Assembly (NCBI GenBank): GCA_041653195.1
Contig: JBAZFU010000002.1
Coordinates: forward strand, 23,639-87,638
DNA: 64,000 bases
DNA from: an archaeon
GTDB taxonomy: Archaea; Iainarchaeota; Iainarchaeia; Iainarchaeales; JAAZKV01
Reading direction: 5' to 3'
A model generated the notes under the pieces. The model did not search any database. It was given only the letters and a program-made list of their open reading frames with translations, and was not told where the DNA came from. The stretch's first letter is position 1. Each line of letters starts with the position of its first letter. A program made the translations under genes and the position numbers. Shown here piece by piece: positions 60,391 through 64,000 of the stretch.

Positions 60391-61110
60391 ATGGCAACTG
60401 CAAACGAAACAAAAAAAGAACTTCAAAAACTTTCAAATCCGGCGCAGGCGAAAACCCTCCAAAGGTTTTTCAAAACAGGAAAGGGCGAATACGGCGAAGG
60501 AGACATTTTTCTCGGAATAAAGGTTCCGAAACAGCGCGAAGTTGCAAAAAAATTTTTGGAAATGCCCCTTGAAGAAACACGCAAATTGTTGGACAGTGAA
60601 GTGCATGAACACCGCATGGTTGGTTTGTTCATACTTGTCGCAAATTATGAAAGAGCGAAAAAGAAAAACGACGAAAACGAAATGAAACGAATCTTCGAAT
60701 TTTATTTGAAACATGCGAAAAGAATCAATAATTGGGATTTGGTGGATTTGTCCGCGCCGAACATTTCAGGAAATTATTTGCTCGGCAAAAACAAAAAAAC
60801 CCTTTACTCGCTTGCAAAATCAAAAAATTTGTGGAAAAAAAGAATTTCAATACTTTCAACATACGCTTTCATAAAGCAAAACCAATTTTCCGACACCCTG
60901 CAAATTTCAGAAATTCTGCTGATGGATAAACATGACTTGATTCACAAAGCAGTCGGGTGGATGCTCCGCGAAGTCGGCAAAAAAAATCTCGCGGCGGAAG
61001 AAAAATTTCTGAAAAAACATTACAAAAAAATGCCACGCACCATGCTCAGATACGCGATAGAAAAATTTCCGGAAAAAAAGAGACTAACTTATCTTCATGC
61101 CACGAAATAA
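60391..61110 (+). CDS. DNA alkylation repair protein (AlkD-like HEAT-repeat family)
   Basis: N-terminal LQKLSNPAQAKTLQRFFKTGKGEYGEGDIFLGIKVPKQREVAK and the later NNWDLVD and AVGWMLRE blocks. Confidence 0.75.
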   Translation: MATANETKKELQKLSNPAQAKTLQRFFKTGKGEYGEGDIFLGIKVPKQREVAKKFLEMPLEETRKLLDSEVHEHRMVGLFILVANYERAKKKNDENEMKRIFEFYLKHAKRINNWDLVDLSAPNISGNYLLGKNKKTLYSLAKSKNLWKKRISILSTYAFIKQNQFSDTLQISEILLMDKHDLIHKAVGWMLREVGKKNLAAEEKFLKKHYKKMPRTMLRYAIEKFPEKKRLTYLHATK

Positions 61111-62168
61111 AAAGCCACAATCAGGATAAGGTAAATAGCAAGCAACTGTACACCTTCGAGCCAATTGCACTTTCCGTCGGCAGAAAGATAATTAATAATC
61201 ATAACGGCCATTATCACAGCAACTATATCAAAAATCGGAAAAACGAGCGAAAAACTATAATTCAAAAGATGCCCCGCGAGCATCAATATAGGAACAACAA
61301 AAAGCGAAATCTGTATTCCGCTGCTCAATCCGATTTCTAAAGCAACATCCAAATGATTCTTCAAAGAAAAGTAAATCGCATTCGCTTTCTCAGCAATGTT
61401 TGTAATTATTGCAATTATTACAATTCCGATAAAAGTCTGTGTGAGGCCTATTGTTTCAGAAACAGCTTGCACCTGCGAAACCAAAACTTCGGAAGTAACA
61501 GCCGCAAATACTGTCGCAATTAAAACAATTAGAAGTGCGCGCCTCAAACCCATAGTAGGCTTCTCTTTCACCGCCCTTATTTCATCACTAGAATCAAACA
61601 AATCCTTATGAGTAAAAAGCGAAAACACTAACCCTGCAATATAAGTGAATGCAAGGATTATCGCAACTGCATTACTCACCGCCTGAACATCCGGTGAGGA
61701 TTCGGCTGCACCCGTAGTAATCGCGTACGCCGTAGGAACCAAAAGCCCTGCAACCGCAATTATTAACATCGTGGCAGAGATTCCCACCGCAGTTTTGTTA
61801 AATTTCTGCTCCTTATACCTCAACCCGCCGAATAAAACACTTAATCCTATCAATAGCAAAATGTTTCCGATAATACTTCCAATAATTGAAGCTTGAACGA
61901 CGCGCACAAGCCCCGCCTGCAAAGCTAGAATCGCAATAATCAATTCAATCATATTCCCGAAAGTCGCGTTAACCAGCCCGCTTATTGTGGGATTTGTCTG
62001 CAAAACAATTTCATTCGTCGCATAACCGATTACGCGCGCAAGAGCCGCTATGGCAAAAATAGACGTAATAAAAGTGACAATCGGATTTGCAGTAAAAAAA
62101 CCAAAGTAAAAAGTTATGGGCACAAAAACAAGGAACAATAAAAAAATTCGCTCAAGTTTTCTAATCAT
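61095..62168 (-). CDS. Ca2+/cation:proton antiporter (CaCA/CAX family)
   Basis: 357 aa with ~11 TM segments and two alpha-repeat regions, ATFGNMIELIIAILAL and IAIITNIAEKANAIYFSL. Confidence 0.7.
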   Translation of the reverse strand: MIRKLERIFLLFLVFVPITFYFGFFTANPIVTFITSIFAIAALARVIGYATNEIVLQTNPTISGLVNATFGNMIELIIAILALQAGLVRVVQASIIGSIIGNILLLIGLSVLFGGLRYKEQKFNKTAVGISATMLIIAVAGLLVPTAYAITTGAAESSPDVQAVSNAVAIILAFTYIAGLVFSLFTHKDLFDSSDEIRAVKEKPTMGLRRALLIVLIATVFAAVTSEVLVSQVQAVSETIGLTQTFIGIVIIAIITNIAEKANAIYFSLKNHLDVALEIGLSSGIQISLFVVPILMLAGHLLNYSFSLVFPIFDIVAVIMAVMIINYLSADGKCNWLEGVQLLAIYLILIVAFYFVA

Positions 62169-62203
62169 TTTTTCGCCCCAAAAAAATTTCTAATTCTTAC
62201 AAC

Positions 62204-62524
62204 TCAAATTGCAATGCTTTTTTTCTGCAAAGAAGAAAGCCCCATTATGATAATAACTGCAATAATTGTGACAAAAAAAGCCGTCAAAAGCTCATATGCC
62301 CATGCCCCGCTTTCAATCGGAATAAAAACTTTTATAGTGTCAGTTATTGCCGACTGCCAAAAAAGCGCCGCGACAACACCCAACGCAGTTGTAAGAAGCG
62401 TTATCAACCTGTTTTGAAATTCGATTTCAAATTCTTTCCGCACCTTACGCGCCAGCATAACTCTTTCAAGAATCCGCGCTCTTCTTTCAACATCTTCTTC
62501 CTCACTCAAAACCTTTCGAACCAA
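62204..62524 (-). CDS. Small two-TM membrane protein, hypothetical
   Basis: 106 aa with a charged N-terminus, then LITLLTTALGVVAALFW and LLTAFFVTIIAVIIIMGL. Confidence 0.5.
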   Translation of the reverse strand: MVRKVLSEEEDVERRARILERVMLARKVRKEFEIEFQNRLITLLTTALGVVAALFWQSAITDTIKVFIPIESGAWAYELLTAFFVTIIAVIIIMGLSSLQKKSIAI

Positions 62525-62735
62525 AAAGATCCCCTTCTAACAAAACGTGTCAGAAATAATGCATCATCTTAACTTATATAAATTACGCCAATGAATGAAA
62601 AGACCTTGCACAGCAACATCGCGCCCCGACAATCAAAATTGCTCCGAGCACAATTTCATCACCAAAAAATAAAACTCAAACAATAGTTTACAAATAATAA
62701 CCTTTTGTTCCAAAAAATTGGCGAGAGGTGATTGA

Positions 62736-63449
62736 TTGAAAAAAGCTATATGCTTTGCAACAATTCTTTTAGTAACAGTTTTTCTGCTGCTTGGATGCAC
62801 CCAGGAAAACCAAACAACAAACAACACAACAAATAACAACACGCCCGGCACAACAATAAACGACGGGACAAACACTAATCCTGAAGGAGATTCTTCAACA
62901 CAACCTTCGGAGAACGCTACTGACTCAGCGTACAACGAATTCAAATCAAAAATAACTGGCTTACCAACATACTACGTTGCTTACGACATGGTAACGCCGC
63001 AAATGACTGCAAAATTAAAACAATGGCTCAAAACGGACAGGATGCGACAAGACACAATAGCACAAGGAACGGAAACAAGCGTTTTCGTAGTCGACGGAAC
63101 AATAACTATTTGCACAAACGCTGCCGGCCAAACAATGTGCTTTCCTTCATCCGAAGAGCAGGGCGCAACCGACACAGGCTCGGATGTAAAAAACAATGTG
63201 GATTCTTTGGCAGGAAAAGTAACAAAACTTGCGGACAAAACTATCGCAGGAACTGCTACGAGCTGCTACAAAATAAATGACCCGCAGTACGACTACTCAT
63301 TCTGCTATTCTGCGGACGGAGTGCCATTATACATTGAAGTCACGGCAAACGGCACAACCACAACTATGACCTCATACGAATACAGCAAAACAGTTGATGA
63401 TTCGGTGTTCACAATACCTGAGCATCAAACAATACAATTGCCGAGCTGA
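62736..63449 (+). CDS. Secreted lipoprotein-like hypothetical protein
   Basis: MKKAICFATILLVTVFLLLGCTQ (lipobox-like), a Thr/Asn-rich linker, then a globular part. TTG start. Confidence 0.6.
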   Translation: MKKAICFATILLVTVFLLLGCTQENQTTNNTTNNNTPGTTINDGTNTNPEGDSSTQPSENATDSAYNEFKSKITGLPTYYVAYDMVTPQMTAKLKQWLKTDRMRQDTIAQGTETSVFVVDGTITICTNAAGQTMCFPSSEEQGATDTGSDVKNNVDSLAGKVTKLADKTIAGTATSCYKINDPQYDYSFCYSADGVPLYIEVTANGTTTTMTSYEYSKTVDDSVFTIPEHQTIQLPS

Positions 63450-63466
63450 TTCAAACAAAATTTGAA

Positions 63467-63497
63467 GGGCCGCAAAACCGGCCCGCTTTCTTTTTTT
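63467..63497 (+). terminator. Hairpin plus T-run terminator after the 62736..63449 gene
   Basis: GGGCCG-caaaac-CGGCCC (63467-63484), followed by gctttcttttttt. Confidence 0.55.
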
Positions 63498-63522
63498 ATT
63501 TTAAAAAACGCGTTAAAAAAAA

Positions 63523-63596
63523 TAGCCCCGCCCAGATTCGGAACGCCCAGTCCCTTGGGCAACGGGCGCGATTGCTCCGCAATCCCGCGAAAGCAT
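63523..63596 (-). other. tRNA-sized GC-rich segment carrying a copy of the tRNA-Gln 3' end (degenerate tRNA or att-like remnant)
   Basis: tagccccgcccagatt (63523-63538) is identical to 63597-63612, the 3' acceptor and T-arm of tRNA-Gln. The 74-nt segment lacks a matching 5' acceptor strand and its T-stem cannot pair (GGGCG versus CTGGG). Confidence 0.4.
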
Positions 63597-63669
63597 TAGC
63601 CCCGCCCAGATTTGAACTGGGGTCTCAGGCTTCAAAGGCCTGCATCCTTGGCCACTAGACGACGGGGCT
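63597..63669 (-). tRNA. tRNA-Gln, anticodon UUG
   Basis: Hand-folded 73 nt: AGCCCCG-TC-GTCT-AGTGGCCAA-GGAT-G-CAGGC-CTTTGAA-GCCTG-AGAC-CCCAG-TTCAAAT-CTGGG-CGGGGCT-A. It has the A1-U72 pair typical of archaeal tRNA-Gln. Confidence 0.85.
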
Positions 63670-63766
63670 CAACTGCTCGCCCAGTTGACATGCGGGCAGC
63701 ATCTTCGCTTTCAGCTCGATGCAGCATGCTTCGCATGCGAGCTAATTGGAATATTGGGAAAGATAA

Positions 63767-63774
63767 TTTATAAA
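63767..63774. promoter_or_regulatory. Palindromic TATA box TTTATAAA between divergent tRNA-Gln and tRNA-Ile(GAU)
   Basis: It ends 28 nt upstream of tRNA-Ile(GAU) position +1. In the opposite direction it would start a ~70-nt leader ahead of tRNA-Gln. Confidence 0.4.
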
Positions 63775-63801
63775 ATCTCTCACACCAATATTTTTGCCCA
63801 T

Positions 63802-63873
63802 GGGAGGGTAGCTCAGTGGTGGAGCACACGACTGATAATCGTGAGGTCGGGAGTTCGAGCCTCCCCCTTCCCA
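63802..63873 (+). tRNA. tRNA-Ile, anticodon GAU
   Basis: Hand-folded 72 nt: GGGAGGG-TA-GCTC-AGTGGTG-GAGC-A-CACGA-CTGATAA-TCGTG-AGGTC-GGGAG-TTCGAGC-CTCCC-CCTTCCC-A. Confidence 0.85.
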
Positions 63874-63874
63874 T

Positions 63875-63954
63875 CAGCCTTTTTGCGAAAAAGGCTGGCG
63901 AAAAAATGTTGACGAAAAACGAATGCCTTTTTGCGAAAAAGGCTGGCGAAAAAA
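63875..63954 (+). repeat. Composite hairpin element copy T2 (two tandem units), abutting the 3' end of tRNA-Ile(GAU)
   Basis: CAGCCTTTTTGCGAAAAAGGCTG-GCGAAAAAA starts one nt after the discriminator. The 30-mer gcctttttgcgaaaaaggctggcgaaaaaa occurs at 63877-63906 and again at 63925-63954. Confidence 0.7.
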
Positions 63955-64000
63955 CGAAACGAAAAATAATTTTAATGAGTGAAAAAAATGAAAACTACAA

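Noticed and set aside
63523-63669. Integrated mobile element at the tRNA-Gln 3' end
   Set aside because: The two 16-nt direct repeats are only 74 nt apart, and there is no integrase or foreign-looking cargo nearby. At most this is a scar. It is kept as a low-to-moderate finding, not called a mobile element.
63632-63912. 80-aa minus-strand and 75-aa plus-strand ORFs
   Set aside because: They overlap tRNA-Gln, its leader and tRNA-Ile(GAU), so the RNA genes explain the open frames.
63877-63954. Possible CRISPR array (30-nt exact direct repeat)
   Set aside because: There are only two copies with an 18-nt spacer. The repeat is the palindromic hairpin-GCGAAAAA element found singly elsewhere, and no cas genes are in the window.

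Overview
Compact, visibly AT-rich archaeal chromosome segment with about 60 protein genes, 4 tRNA genes and very little non-coding DNA. Two convergent gene pairs even overlap at their ends. Archaeal hallmark genes are unambiguous: thermosome, Alba, Sec61-beta, GatD and GatE, tRNA-splicing endonuclease, ATP-dependent DNA ligase, archaeal-type ProRS and IleRS. A genomic tRNA-Ile(UAU), many orphan membrane-anchored or secreted proteins and a large adhesin-type pilus locus suggest a small-genome DPANN-like archaeon; this is inference only. The window nevertheless keeps amino-acid biosynthesis genes (dapB-dapA-dapL-lysA operon, hom, proB). The best candidate for a novel system is a ~16.5 kb type IV filament locus (14582-31012). 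It has an ArlI/PilB-family ATPase with a long acidic N-terminal extension and a platform protein split into two T2SS-F-domain genes. It encodes seven consecutive proteins with class III (prepilin-like) signal peptides, including a 1211-aa pilin-like protein with three LamG lectin modules and a 697-aa one with a ~7-blade SBBP propeller. One intact KaiC/RecA-like ATPase and two P-loop-less paralogues sit at the locus borders. No prepilin peptidase is in the window. The second theme is RNA and DNA structure. A family of composite hairpin elements (T-run/A-run hairpin plus a GCGAAAAA tail) lies immediately 3' of genes and of both tRNA-Ile genes, and copies differ by compensatory substitutions. GC-rich structured leaders abut tRNA-Ile(UAU) and tRNA-Gln. 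A tRNA-sized non-foldable segment duplicates the tRNA-Gln 3' end. Other oddities are a doublet histone-fold/coiled-coil protein, a 60-aa histone-fold mini-protein, an extremely Tyr-rich secreted peptide and a kinase-fold protein lacking the catalytic Asp. I saw no CRISPR array, transposase, integrase or rRNA. All functional calls come from reading motifs by eye; no database search was possible.
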